Of a stretch of 64,000 nt of DNA, positions 1 through 9,235 are shown piece by piece (within the stretch, counting starts at the first letter, position 1; every line of letters begins with the position of its first letter). The DNA is from Minisyncoccia bacterium. GTDB taxonomy: Bacteria; Patescibacteriota; Minisyncoccia; Phycocordibacterales; DATGWK01. The notes under the pieces were generated by a model, which worked only from the letters and a program-made list of their open reading frames with translations, did not search any database and was not told the origin of the DNA. The stretch is taken from assembly GCA_038259265.1 (NCBI GenBank), contig JBBSOY010000001.1, positions 562-64,561 of the forward strand, written 5' to 3'. Position numbers and translations under genes: made by a program.

Positions 1-445
1 CGATCATAAGACGTTCGCGCTTTGTGTATTTTGCGAGCTCGCCCTTTTCTTTCTGCATGGTGAGGTCTTCGAGCTTCATGACTCGTTTTCGAATCTGAGT
101 AAAGTTTGTGAGCGTACCGCCGATCCAGCGACCGTCAACAAACGGCATGTCGATGCTTTCGGCACCAGCCTTGACCGCTTTGCGAGCTTCGTCTTTACCC
201 CCCACAAAAAGCACTGACATACCTGCTGCTCCAAGGCCTTTTACGTATTCAAGGGCCTGGTCGAGGGCCGCGCTTGTTTTTTCAAGATCAAAAATTTCGA
301 TGCGGTTTTTTACGCCGAAAATGTAGGGTTTGGTGGAAGGGTGGCGGCGTGAACGTACGAAGGCAAAATGCGCACCGACTTTAAAAAGGTCGGCAACGCT
401 TTGTGAGTCATTTTTAACGTCTTTTGTTTTTGTAGTGGTTGTCAT
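1..445 (-). CDS. rpsB: 30S ribosomal protein S2 (partial; C-terminal part runs off the window start)
   Basis: Manual minus-strand translation from the ATG at 445..443 gives MTTTTKTKDV...VGAHFAFVRSRRHPSTKPYIFGVKNRIEIFDLEKT...LFVGGK...RWIGGTLTNF, typical S2 motifs. Absent from the ORF track because it has no stop in the window. Confidence 0.85.
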   Translation of the reverse strand, partial: MTTTTKTKDVKNDSQSVADLFKVGAHFAFVRSRRHPSTKPYIFGVKNRIEIFDLEKTSAALDQALEYVKGLGAAGMSVLFVGGKDEARKAVKAGAESIDMPFVDGRWIGGTLTNFTQIRKRVMKLEDLTMQKEKGELAKYTKRERLMI

Positions 446-518
446 TCGTTATAAAAAATAAGACGTTTCCCGAGGAAAACGTGTGAGAAGTCTAGCAAAA
501 TGAGCCAAATATTGCAAA

Positions 519-1517
519 TCAGGCTTCATCTTCGCCAGTTTCTGGCAATTCACCACTTTTGCCGGCACTTTTTTCCTGCAAAGACTCGATGATAGCATCC
601 ATGTCGCCGGCGAAAATCGATTCGATGTTGTGCCAGGATTCCTTGAGCCGATGATCTGTGATGCGATCCTGAAGAATATTGTAGGTCCGGATTTTCTCGG
701 ACCGGTCGGCGGTACCGACGAGGTCCTTGCGCTCCGCCGAATGTTTTTTGGCTTCTTGTTCTTCGTGCAACACATCGAGCTTGGCCTGCAAGACAACCAT
801 AGCCCGTTCGCGGTTCGCAGACTGGCTGCGTTCAGACGTACATTTGGCATCAATACCCGTTGGTGTATGAATAAGTCGGACCGCGGTTTCGACTTTGTTG
901 ACGTTTTGGCCACCAGCACCGCCCGAACGAGAAAATTCCATTTCGATGTCAGCTGGGTTGATTTCGATCTTGGTTTTCTTGCGGATAGGCAAAATCGCGA
1001 TTGAAGCGGTCGACGTGTGAACCCGTCCCGATTTTTCGGTGGCTGGCACACGCTGTATGCGATGCACACCCGATTCAAATCGCAAATCTTTGTACACTCC
1101 CCGACCCTTTATTTCAAACGATGCTTCCTTGTAGCCGCCGAGGCCGTTTTTTGACTCTTCCAACACTCGTGCTGTCCAGCCGCGACGTTCCGCGTATTTT
1201 CGATACATAGTCGCCAATTTTTCCGCAAAAAGTGCAGCTTCGTCTCCCCCGGCCCCCGCTCGGGCTTCAAGAATAATTTCATTTGGAAACTCTTCTTCGA
1301 CGGCATCTTTTGCCACAATTTCCTTCATCTGAGTCATAAGCGATTCCTTCTGGACCATGAGACTTTCGAGCTCGTCTTTGGCAAGAGCCACAAAAGACAG
1401 GTCCGATTCGGCCATCTTTTTTATTTCCGCTTCCTCTTTTTCAAGTTTGGAATATAGTTCGGCAAGAAACGAGGTTTTGGAATTTTGTTTGAAACTGTCG
1501 AGATTCGCTGGATTCAT
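519..1517 (-). CDS. prfA: peptide chain release factor 1
   Basis: GGQ motif ([24 protein letters not shown]) and the PxT-type tripeptide ([14 protein letters not shown]) that marks RF1 rather than RF2. 332 aa. Confidence 0.93.
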   Translation of the reverse strand: MNPANLDSFKQNSKTSFLAELYSKLEKEEAEIKKMAESDLSFVALAKDELESLMVQKESLMTQMKEIVAKDAVEEEFPNEIILEARAGAGGDEAALFAEKLATMYRKYAERRGWTARVLEESKNGLGGYKEASFEIKGRGVYKDLRFESGVHRIQRVPATEKSGRVHTSTASIAILPIRKKTKIEINPADIEMEFSRSGGAGGQNVNKVETAVRLIHTPTGIDAKCTSERSQSANRERAMVVLQAKLDVLHEEQEAKKHSAERKDLVGTADRSEKIRTYNILQDRITDHRLKESWHNIESIFAGDMDAIIESLQEKSAGKSGELPETGEDEA

Positions 1518-1858
1518 TAGGCTGCAGCTTCCTGCGCGTCGGCTGAAGTTGCGGCAGTATCTGAAGTTGCGGCGGTGTCTGCAGAATGTGCAGCTGCGGT
1601 AGTGGTTTTTTCGGCTTTTGGAGCAGGCTGAGCTTTTGCTTTAGGTGCCTTTGGAGCGGCGGCGGCCCGGCGGTTTTTGAATTTTTCCACGCGACCGGCG
1701 CTGTCGAGAGATTTTTCAGTACCAGTATAAAAAGGATGGCATTTGCTGCAGATTTCAACGTTAATAGTCTCCTTGGTTGAACCAACGGTGAATTTATTGC
1801 CGCAGGCGCATTCTACGCTTGCTTGTGGAAAATATTGTGGATGGATTTCTGCTTTCAT
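1517..1858 (-). CDS. rpmE: 50S ribosomal protein L31 with about 50-aa Ala/Lys/Thr-rich C-terminal extension
   Basis: [10 protein letters not shown]...CxC...[10 protein letters not shown] matches the L31 zinc ribbon. The stop overlaps the prfA start (TAATG). The tail [26 protein letters not shown] is low complexity. Confidence 0.88.
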   Translation of the reverse strand: MKAEIHPQYFPQASVECACGNKFTVGSTKETINVEICSKCHPFYTGTEKSLDSAGRVEKFKNRRAAAAPKAPKAKAQPAPKAEKTTTAAAHSADTAATSDTAATSADAQEAAA

Positions 1859-1906
1859 ATTTGTGGGATTACTATACTAAAACCTTCGACTTTTGCAAGT
1901 TTCATA

Positions 1907-3334
1907 TTACAACCCCTGCAATGGGTCGATCATTGTTTCCTGGATATTTTTTGCATGATTGAGAACCGAGTCGGCATAAGCCAAGCCACGAGTTGCCCAG
2001 GCACCGCCGGCATAATACCGACCGGCGGCTTCACGCTCGGCAGTATAGCTACCGTTCACACCACCGAGATCGGCTACAAACAAACCGGTGGCCATGAAGG
2101 CGTCTTTTGGTGACCAAGGATTTGCAGTTTGGGTACCCAATGCTGCTGCGACACGGGATTCATAGGTTACCCACGTTGAAGGAATAAACTGCGAAGGACC
2201 CATCGCACCGCCGTAGCCACCCGGCTGCGGACACGACACCGGCTGAGTGTAGGGGTCGAAACCAAGCCGGGCCGCCAGCGCAAGGAACACCGGCACGTCT
2301 CGGGTCGGATGCATGATGCCTGAAAATGGCGTGCCAGTGTTTTTCCCGACGCCGTCGCCGGTTTTTGGATCTTTCACATAACACTGCCCAACGTTTTTAC
2401 CGAGGTTGGATTCTTGGGTCAGAATGGCCAAAATGAATGCCGGACGGACGCCTGTTTTTTTAGAAACTTCGTTGGCGTAACTCAAGGCCGTGCCGAACGG
2501 AATCGCCGCAGTGTCTCGCAAAGCAAAAAGGGCGGAGCGGATTTGGGCCGCCTTTTTCTGACGATCTGCCAATACCTGTTCGTAGGTTTTTTCCTGCGTC
2601 TTGCTGATCTTAAGAAGCGCCTGCTTTTCGGCTTCGGTTTTTTCGACGCTGCTTTTTTGAGTTTCAATGACCGCCTTTGCGTCAGTTTCCTGGTTTTTTT
2701 TAGTATTGAGCGCCTGCTTTTCGGCTTCGGTCAACGTTTTGGTGGAGCGAACATCGTGGAATAAATCCTGCATCGCTACTTTAATCGAGCTGTAGGAATC
2801 TAGATCAGCAAAAAAGTCGGAAAGGTTTTTATTCGAAAGGGCGACCTCGACAACGGAATACGAATCGATTTCATTTGTTTTCCGAATAAGCTCTGAAAGC
2901 GACTCTTTGCCGCGACCGATTTTTGAATCAAGCTGACCGATCACCTGCTCCTTTTCAACAATATCCTTGCCGAGATTTTGGATGGCTAAATTTTTGGCCT
3001 TTATGACAAGCTTTGCTTGTTCGATTTTACCGGCCAATATTTCGGTATCGCGCTGAATCGAACCAGTTTCCTGGCGTTTCGCATTCAAAACGGTGGTCCA
3101 TTCAGCAATTTCAGCTTCGGTTTTTGCGAGTTCGGCCCTGAGCACGGCTTCTTTTGCGTCAACATCGTCTGCAGTCGCCGCTTCGGCGATAGTTTCTGCA
3201 TAAGCGGTCGGCAAAGACGACATAAAAAAGGATGGCATGAATGCAGGAATTGCAGAAAAGAACGGAGCGACCAAAGAAAAAATGAGCAAAAAGCCGAGGG
3301 CAAAAAGATTCGTTCTTTTGTGTAAAAAACGCAT
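1907..3334 (-). CDS. secreted coiled-coil protein with C-terminal lytic transglycosylase-like (GH23/SLT-like) peptidoglycan hydrolase domain
   Basis: N-terminal signal/TM, long EAKL/EKQ-rich coiled coil, C-terminal ILTQESNLG ... GAMGPSQFIPSTW resembling the SLT catalytic Glu and substrate-binding motifs. Confidence 0.55.
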   Translation of the reverse strand: MRFLHKRTNLFALGFLLIFSLVAPFFSAIPAFMPSFFMSSLPTAYAETIAEAATADDVDAKEAVLRAELAKTEAEIAEWTTVLNAKRQETGSIQRDTEILAGKIEQAKLVIKAKNLAIQNLGKDIVEKEQVIGQLDSKIGRGKESLSELIRKTNEIDSYSVVEVALSNKNLSDFFADLDSYSSIKVAMQDLFHDVRSTKTLTEAEKQALNTKKNQETDAKAVIETQKSSVEKTEAEKQALLKISKTQEKTYEQVLADRQKKAAQIRSALFALRDTAAIPFGTALSYANEVSKKTGVRPAFILAILTQESNLGKNVGQCYVKDPKTGDGVGKNTGTPFSGIMHPTRDVPVFLALAARLGFDPYTQPVSCPQPGGYGGAMGPSQFIPSTWVTYESRVAAALGTQTANPWSPKDAFMATGLFVADLGGVNGSYTAEREAAGRYYAGGAWATRGLAYADSVLNHAKNIQETMIDPLQGL

Positions 3335-3415
3335 ACGGGTAATTCTATCACATCAAAAAAGAGGCCGAAGCCCCTTTTTTGATTTCTGTTTTTACAGCGT
3401 ATGCGCTAGAAAATT

Positions 3416-4081
3416 TTATTTCTCTGCGGATTCCCCACCTTCTGCACCAGGTTCACCCTCTTCTTCTTTCTTACCCTTCTTTTCGACTTCGATTGCAGAG
3501 AGATCGACGGCGGTTTCAGTTTCTTCGACTTCTTCTTTTGGAACGGTTATGAGGGCAACGACTTCTTCGGCACCTTCGATGAGCGTAACACCTTCTGGCA
3601 TGTGTAGGTCTGCAGCAATAAGCTGGCTGTCGAGCGTCGAAAGAGAGGAAATGTCGACTTCGATTTTCTGAGGCAAGTCTTTTGGCATCGCTTCGATTTT
3701 TACATTATGCAAAACTTTGATGAGAATGCCACCGAGATCTTTGACGGCTATAGAAACCCCGATGAATTCGAGCGGCACGTCGATTTCGATTTTGTGACCT
3801 TTTTCGAACACATAAAAATCTGCATGGCGAGGCATTTCGGAGATTGGGTCGAGGTCCACGTCGTGAATGAGGGCTTCGATGTCTTCGCTGCCTTCGTTTT
3901 TGAGCGTCACAACCGCAGACTCACCGGCCTGTTTCCACACTTTCAAAAAATCAGCCATGGCCACAGAAACCGGAGTCGATTCCTGTTTTTTACCGTAAAA
4001 AACTGCGGGCATAAACCCGTCTTCACGCATATTTTCGAGACTTTCCCCGACAGCGCGAGGCTTTACCTGTAAATTAATCAT
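3416..4081 (-). CDS. rplY: 50S ribosomal protein L25 / general stress protein Ctc, with acidic C-terminal tail
   Basis: MINLQVKPR...FYGKKQESTPVSV... matches the L25/Ctc family. 221 aa with an EE/GE-rich tail. Confidence 0.85.
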   Translation of the reverse strand: MINLQVKPRAVGESLENMREDGFMPAVFYGKKQESTPVSVAMADFLKVWKQAGESAVVTLKNEGSEDIEALIHDVDLDPISEMPRHADFYVFEKGHKIEIDVPLEFIGVSIAVKDLGGILIKVLHNVKIEAMPKDLPQKIEVDISSLSTLDSQLIAADLHMPEGVTLIEGAEEVVALITVPKEEVEETETAVDLSAIEVEKKGKKEEEGEPGAEGGESAEK

Positions 4082-4159
4082 CTGGCTATTATATTCAAGA
4101 TGCGTAAAAAATCAATGTTTAGGGCGGTTTCGGACAATTTCAAACCAGTATTTTATTTT

Positions 4160-4193
4160 TTGACATAAAAAAGCCCCGCATGATGCGGGGTTT
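4160..4193 (-). terminator. rho-independent terminator downstream of the 4234..4740 gene
   Basis: Stem ccccgca(4174-4180)/tgcgggg(4184-4190) with a 3-nt loop. An A-tract at 4167-4172 becomes the T-tract on the minus strand. Confidence 0.6.
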
Positions 4194-4233
4194 GAAGGGT
4201 GTACATTGAACTCACTAAAGCTTGACGAGGTCT

Positions 4234-4740
4234 TCAGGCAACAGCTCGGGTCCCCTGAGGACGTACGAGCACAAGCCCTGAGCGAATTTGCACAAGCAAG
4301 AGTTTGTATCCGTGTTGGTGGGCCGGCACAGCGGGGTTGTAAATGAAGGCTGGACCCGTCCGGTCCCCTTGCTCGCCAACAATTCGAGCATCGCAGCCGA
4401 TTTCGTAGTCACCGGAAAATTGACCCTGATGATCCTCATAAGACCAGGTCAAGGCCCGCATATTGAAGCGGAGGTCACCCCGAAGGAATGTTGGCGTACA
4501 TTCTGAAAGCGGATACACCTTGAGACCATCGGGTGCCAACGGGTCATGCATGACGACCACCAGGCACGTGGGGTCGCAATCGCCCCACATAAGGGCCTCG
4601 ATGGGATCCGCGTGTTGCCACACTTCGGAAATCAAAGGCCCTCCAAGACTACGCTTAAACGGATACCACATTTCTGCCTCCTTGCAATGTATGGTCATCA
4701 TTCTGACAACCACGAGTTTGGAAAGAACAAAAAACGTCAT
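4234..4740 (-). CDS. hypothetical protein, possibly PEBP/YbhB-YbcL-like
   Basis: 168-aa ORF. LVVVMHDPLAPDG and HQHGYKLLL loosely resemble the PEBP DPDAP and HRY motifs. Weak; the start is uncertain. Confidence 0.4.
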   Translation of the reverse strand: MTFFVLSKLVVVRMMTIHCKEAEMWYPFKRSLGGPLISEVWQHADPIEALMWGDCDPTCLVVVMHDPLAPDGLKVYPLSECTPTFLRGDLRFNMRALTWSYEDHQGQFSGDYEIGCDARIVGEQGDRTGPAFIYNPAVPAHQHGYKLLLVQIRSGLVLVRPQGTRAVA

Positions 4741-4812
4741 CTAAACTATACATGGAAAACAAATAATGTCAAATATACCGTAGTTGGTTCAGCAGCTTTG
4801 AGATACCCCCTT

Positions 4813-6450
4813 TTATGACTTCACGATGTGCTTTTCCATATAGTCGAGGCTGCCGTTTACTTTTTTGCCGGGATTAAAAATATTAGTTCGATCAAAAATA
4901 TTTTTCGTATCAACAAAAAGCGAGTAGATTTTGGAGCCAAACATTTTGGGCAGGTACGGTGTGCGAACAATGCCGTCATTATGTTCGGCGGTTATCGAGC
5001 CTTCGTATTTGAGGACGAGATCGTAGATTTTATCCGAAACAGTTCGGATCAACGCGCGATTACGCGCCTGCTTCATGTCCATAAGCGGAATAATGTGAAA
5101 GTTGCCGTTACCTGCATGACCGGCGATTGTATACAACAATTTGTGGTCATCAAGAATTGCGCGCATTTTCGGCAAAAATTCTGGCAAAAATTCGGGACGA
5201 ACAATGACATCGTCGATAAATGGAGCGGTGCGCATGCCGCGAACATGTTTTCGAAGCAAGTTGAAACTTTCGCGGCGAATCGTCCAATATTTTTCTGATT
5301 CAAATTCCGAGCTGATGATGCGCGTCTTATATTTAAAATGAGCGATGCGCTGCTGCAATGATTGCATCTGTTTCAAAATTTCAGGTTCGCTGTCCCCCGC
5401 AAATTCCACAAGCAAAATAAGTTTCGGAATGCCGCCCGTGAGAATCATGCCGACCTCTGGCAGAAAGCTCACCATGAGTCGCAAAAAATTCGTGGCTTTC
5501 ATAGTCGCCATCATTTCCGGCATGAAACGCATGGCCATTTTCATAGTGCTGTCGTCGTAGGACTCCAAACTTTCCGGTTTGAACGCCAAAATTTCATTTA
5601 CGAGCGTACCGAGATTTTTTAGATCGGGCATAAGCACCACAAACAACTTGGTGATTTTTTTAACTGGCACCAATTTGAGCGTCGCTTCGGTAACAATGCA
5701 CAGCGTTCCTTGCGAACCGACGATGAGTTTTGTGAGGTCGAAGGTTGTGCCGTCCCACACATTCCATAAATAGTAGCCGGCGGAATTTTTTGAAACTTTT
5801 GGCCGAGCAGCGACAATGTCGGCTTGATTTTCTGTAATAAGTTTAAAAACTTGTTTGTAGAGGGTGCCTTCAAAATCAACTTGGGCCATTTTTTCATCAA
5901 GCTCGGTTTTTGAAAGCGGCTTCACGACGTATTCGTTGCCGTCGGCAAACACAGCTTTGAGCTCAAGAACGTAATTTTCCATCTTGCCGTATTGCAAAGT
6001 TTTTTCGCCAGCAGAATTGTTGGCAACCATACCGCCAAGCGCACAGAGATTTTTTGAGGCAGTAAAGCAGGGCAAAATGGCATTAAGCTTCAGAGTTTCG
6101 ACTTCGAAGTCGCGGTAAAAAGTACCGGGCAGCACGACCGCCTGGTCTTTGGTGAGCGACTTGATGCCGTGCATGTACTTCATGAAATCAATAATGATGG
6201 ATTCGTTGAGCGAACCACCAGACATGCAGGTACCAGCCGAACGCGCCGTGAGCGAGAGCGTTTCGTCTTCGCCTTTTTTTTCATTTACAAATTTTACCAG
6301 AGCCTTGATGTCTGCCGCGTCTTTTGGAAAAACCACGAGCTTTGGACGAACCTCAAAAAGGCTCGCATCATGGCTGTATGTGTTGAGGGTTGCATCGTCC
6401 CCCATCACATCGCCTTTGAAAAACGCTTGGATTTCTTCCTTAAGTGTCAT
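4813..6450 (-). CDS. FAD-linked oxidase (FAD-binding PCMH type; GlcD / D-lactate dehydrogenase-like)
   Basis: 545 aa. N-terminal FAD_binding_4-like segment (TARSAGTCMSGGSL), C-terminal AEHNDGIVRTPYL resembling the oxidase C-terminal domain. Confidence 0.75.
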   Translation of the reverse strand: MTLKEEIQAFFKGDVMGDDATLNTYSHDASLFEVRPKLVVFPKDAADIKALVKFVNEKKGEDETLSLTARSAGTCMSGGSLNESIIIDFMKYMHGIKSLTKDQAVVLPGTFYRDFEVETLKLNAILPCFTASKNLCALGGMVANNSAGEKTLQYGKMENYVLELKAVFADGNEYVVKPLSKTELDEKMAQVDFEGTLYKQVFKLITENQADIVAARPKVSKNSAGYYLWNVWDGTTFDLTKLIVGSQGTLCIVTEATLKLVPVKKITKLFVVLMPDLKNLGTLVNEILAFKPESLESYDDSTMKMAMRFMPEMMATMKATNFLRLMVSFLPEVGMILTGGIPKLILLVEFAGDSEPEILKQMQSLQQRIAHFKYKTRIISSEFESEKYWTIRRESFNLLRKHVRGMRTAPFIDDVIVRPEFLPEFLPKMRAILDDHKLLYTIAGHAGNGNFHIIPLMDMKQARNRALIRTVSDKIYDLVLKYEGSITAEHNDGIVRTPYLPKMFGSKIYSLFVDTKNIFDRTNIFNPGKKVNGSLDYMEKHIVKS

Positions 6451-6452
6451 AT

Positions 6453-7322
6453 TTAGGCGAGCTTGTTGAAAACGCGGAGTTTGGCGTCGACGACTTTTTG
6501 AACAGCAGCAACAGCAGGTTTGAGAATTTTATATGGTGCAACTTCTTCGGGGTTTTCCTGCAGAGAAAGTTTGAGGGCGTCGCGGTAGGCAACGCGAATT
6601 TCTGTGTTGATATGCACGATCGCGACGCCCGAGTCGATAGCTTGAGAAAAATCGTCTGACGAATTTCCGGAACCGCCGTGCAAAACGAGCGGCACACCAG
6701 ACGCTTCACGAAGCGCTTTGATTCTTTCAATATTGAGCTTTGGATCCACGCCGCCACGAAGCATCCCATGAAAATTTCCAACTGCCGGAGCCAAAAGATC
6801 GACACCAGTTCGTGCTACGAATTCTTTGGCTTGCTCTGGCTTTGTAAGCGCCGCCTCAGAAAGATCAACACCTTCAGGCAATGCATCCAAGACCTTTGAA
6901 GACTGGCCGATGTAGCCGAGCTCGGCTTCAACCAAAACGTCGTGGTCTGCAGCGCGAGCATATTCGACACATTCGGTTGTTTTTGCAACGTTTTCTTCAA
7001 ACGGAAGCTTTGCACCGTCGAAAATAACCGAGTCGAAACCAGCATCAATCGCCTCTTTTACCTTTTCTACAGAATACGTATGGTCGGCATTGAGAAAAAT
7101 TGGGAAACCGTATTCAGCCCGAAAACTTTTCACGAGCGCCGCAACCTGTCGCACGCCGACGAATTCTCGCTCGCCTTCCGAAACACCAATGATGACGGGC
7201 ACGTTGAGATTTTTTGCCGCATTAAAAATCGCCCAAAGCGCCTCAAGATTTGAAATATTAAAATGACCAATCGCTGTTTTGTTCGTCTCTGCGTCTTGTA
7301 TATATTCGGCAAGTGTTTTCAT
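6453..7322 (-). CDS. fba: class II fructose/tagatose-bisphosphate aldolase
   Basis: 289 aa. Motifs PVIIGVSEG, FLNADHT, VLHGGSG, GVAIVHINTE are typical of class II FBA (TIM barrel, Zn-dependent). Confidence 0.85.
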   Translation of the reverse strand: MKTLAEYIQDAETNKTAIGHFNISNLEALWAIFNAAKNLNVPVIIGVSEGEREFVGVRQVAALVKSFRAEYGFPIFLNADHTYSVEKVKEAIDAGFDSVIFDGAKLPFEENVAKTTECVEYARAADHDVLVEAELGYIGQSSKVLDALPEGVDLSEAALTKPEQAKEFVARTGVDLLAPAVGNFHGMLRGGVDPKLNIERIKALREASGVPLVLHGGSGNSSDDFSQAIDSGVAIVHINTEIRVAYRDALKLSLQENPEEVAPYKILKPAVAAVQKVVDAKLRVFNKLA

Positions 7323-7382
7323 ATCAGTATTGTATCATGCGAAAAACAGCGCCAATTTTGTAATCCTCAGGAGATTTTTTGC

Positions 7383-7415
7383 AAAATTAAACCACCGAGC
7401 TGTCTCGGTGGTTTT
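7383..7415 (-). terminator. rho-independent terminator downstream of the small ORF 7454..7747
   Basis: Stem ccaccgag(7392-7399)/ctcggtgg(7404-7411), loop ctgt, flanking T/A runs on both strands. Confidence 0.55.
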
Positions 7416-7453
7416 GGTTGCGGTTTTGAGTTCTGCACATCTGAGGACAAAGA

Positions 7454-7747
7454 TCAGGGATTTGCCGGCGGCTTCCGCGACGGCTCTGGCTGGTCATCGG
7501 GTAGTTGTGAAAGCGTCAACTCGGGTGGGGTAGGGTTTCCAGTGTACAGCCCAGAAGATTCTTTGGTTGGTGAGTTAATCACCGGTTCAGTGACAGTATG
7601 TTCCATTGGTACCTCATCCACAGGAAGGCACAGCGGTCTGCGGTATCTCCCCATGCGTTTTAAACGATCACAGCTGCTCACCGCAGCATGCCGAAGGCGA
7701 CGACTCGGAAACATCCTGACGTGCCATGGGACCACTATCTCTTTCAT
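7454..7747 (-). CDS. small basic / proline-rich hypothetical protein (97 aa)
   Basis: Strong SD (AAGGAGAG) 4-5 nt upstream of the ATG at 7747, terminator hairpin about 40 nt downstream, GC about 60%. No recognisable domain. Confidence 0.4.
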   Translation of the reverse strand: MKEIVVPWHVRMFPSRRLRHAAVSSCDRLKRMGRYRRPLCLPVDEVPMEHTVTEPVINSPTKESSGLYTGNPTPPELTLSQLPDDQPEPSRKPPANP

Positions 7748-7877
7748 AACTCTCCTTTTTTAAAAGGTGAAGGGTGACGTGTTCTGGTATTTCTCTGATT
7801 ACAATAAAACTTATTCGGAAAAATGTCAATCACTTATAGTTTTTCTGATCTTGAATAAAAATTGATATACTCTGTGA

Positions 7878-8909
7878 ATGAAACAAATAGATTTTCTCGC
7901 CATTGGCGATATTGTGACCGACGCATTTATTCGTTTGAAAGAAGCTTCCGTGCATTGCAACATAAACCACGATAGCTGTGAACTGAGCATGAAATTTGCC
8001 GACAAAATCCCTTTCGAATTTGTCGAGGTGGTGAGCGCTGTCGGCAACGGACCGAACGCTGCGGTTTCTGCCGCGCGTCTTGGGCTCACTTCAGCCAGCA
8101 TGACAAACATCGGCGACGACCAAAATGGCCGTGACTGCATTAGCGCAACCAAAAAAAATGGCGTCTCTACGAAATTTATTTCAAAACATCGCGGGTTCAA
8201 AACAAACTATCATTATGTTCTGTGGTTTGAAGACGAACGCACAATTCTCGTGAAGCACGAAGATTTTCCGTATGTCTTTAACGCGCCGCGCAAAAATCCG
8301 CGCTGGGTATATGTCACATCTCTCGGTGCAAACGCCCTCAACTATCAGATCAAGGTCGGTGAATGGCTCGAGGCAAATCCTGACATCAAATTCGCCTTCC
8401 AGCCCGGCACCTTTCAAATGAGTATCGGCCACGAAAAGCTGAGTGCCTTTTACAAACGTGCCGAAATCTTTTTCTGCAACGTCGAAGAAGCGAAACGAAT
8501 TTTGAAAATCGAACCAGCTGGCACGACCGAAAAAGCGGTCAAAGAATTAATTAGCGCCATGCACGCGCTTGGTCCGAAAGTCGTCGTCATTACAGATGGC
8601 CCGCGCGGCGCATATGCATCTGACGGCACAATTTCAAAGGAAACTGGTCAGCCGGAAGTTTGGTTCATGCCACCATATCCGGATCCAAAACCGCCACTTG
8701 AACGCACTGGCGCTGGCGATGCTTTTGCCTCGACTTTCACAGCCGCGTTGGCTCTTGGCAAAACAATCCCCGAAGCTCTCCGTTGGGCGCCGATTAACTC
8801 GATGTCCGTTGTTCAAAACATTGGGGCACAAAAGGGATTGTTGTCGCTCGAAAAGTTGCTCGAATTTTTGAAAAACGCACCGGCCGAATACGTGCCGAAA
8901 AAAATCTAG
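7878..8909 (+). CDS. PfkB-family carbohydrate kinase (ribokinase/fructokinase/phosphofructokinase-B-like)
   Basis: 343 aa. C-terminal TGAGDAF anion-hole motif and N-terminal GG dipeptide region. A TATACT -10 box lies 6 nt upstream of the ATG (possible leaderless). Confidence 0.8.
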   Translation: MKQIDFLAIGDIVTDAFIRLKEASVHCNINHDSCELSMKFADKIPFEFVEVVSAVGNGPNAAVSAARLGLTSASMTNIGDDQNGRDCISATKKNGVSTKFISKHRGFKTNYHYVLWFEDERTILVKHEDFPYVFNAPRKNPRWVYVTSLGANALNYQIKVGEWLEANPDIKFAFQPGTFQMSIGHEKLSAFYKRAEIFFCNVEEAKRILKIEPAGTTEKAVKELISAMHALGPKVVVITDGPRGAYASDGTISKETGQPEVWFMPPYPDPKPPLERTGAGDAFASTFTAALALGKTIPEALRWAPINSMSVVQNIGAQKGLLSLEKLLEFLKNAPAEYVPKKI

Positions 8910-8967
8910 AAACATTCGGAAAACAGAGGAAAAACCAAATAAAACAAGTGCAAAAATTGGCATAAAG

Positions 8968-8998
8968 AAGGCCCTGGTGTATTTCACACCAGGGCCTT
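8968..8998. terminator. strong 13-bp hairpin (candidate bidirectional terminator between pfkB-like gene and tkt)
   Basis: aaggccctggtgt-attt-acaccagggcctt is a perfect stem. The T-rich run is only on the minus side. Followed by an A-rich caaaaaaa x3 tract at 9020-9048. Confidence 0.45.
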
Positions 8999-9235
8999 CG
9001 TCCAACAAACAATTACAAAAAAACAAAAAAAAACAAAAAAACGAACTATCGGGCAACACGGTGCAAGTGTTATAGAACCTCCCTTCTTCTTTGCACCAAT
9101 GACCCTAAATTGATCTTTTTTAAGTATACCAGCTTATTAAATAATGTCAAGGAAAACAGGATGAAAAGAAATAATTGGGTTGAAATCACAACAAAAACTC
9201 TTATTTCTGGCGCTTTTTGAGAATTTGAAGAGAAT

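Noticed and set aside
108-326. Plus-strand 72-aa ORF and other short track ORFs at the window start
   Set aside because: They lie antisense within the clear minus-strand rpsB coding region (S2 motifs, ATG at 445). Shadow ORFs.
630-1210. Plus-strand ORFs (124 aa, 69 aa) and the minus-strand 209-aa ORF 449..1078
   Set aside because: All overlap prfA, whose GGQ/PAT motifs unambiguously define the real frame.
7420-7760. GC-rich non-coding stretch considered as RNase P RNA, tmRNA or SRP RNA
   Set aside because: Signature motifs were searched on both strands: GGAAAGTCCGG / ACAGAA for RNase P, TTCGACG and a GGTTCGA-type 3' T-loop for tmRNA, GTCCGGAAGGAAGCAGC for SRP. None is present. A 97-aa ORF with SD and terminator explains the region better.
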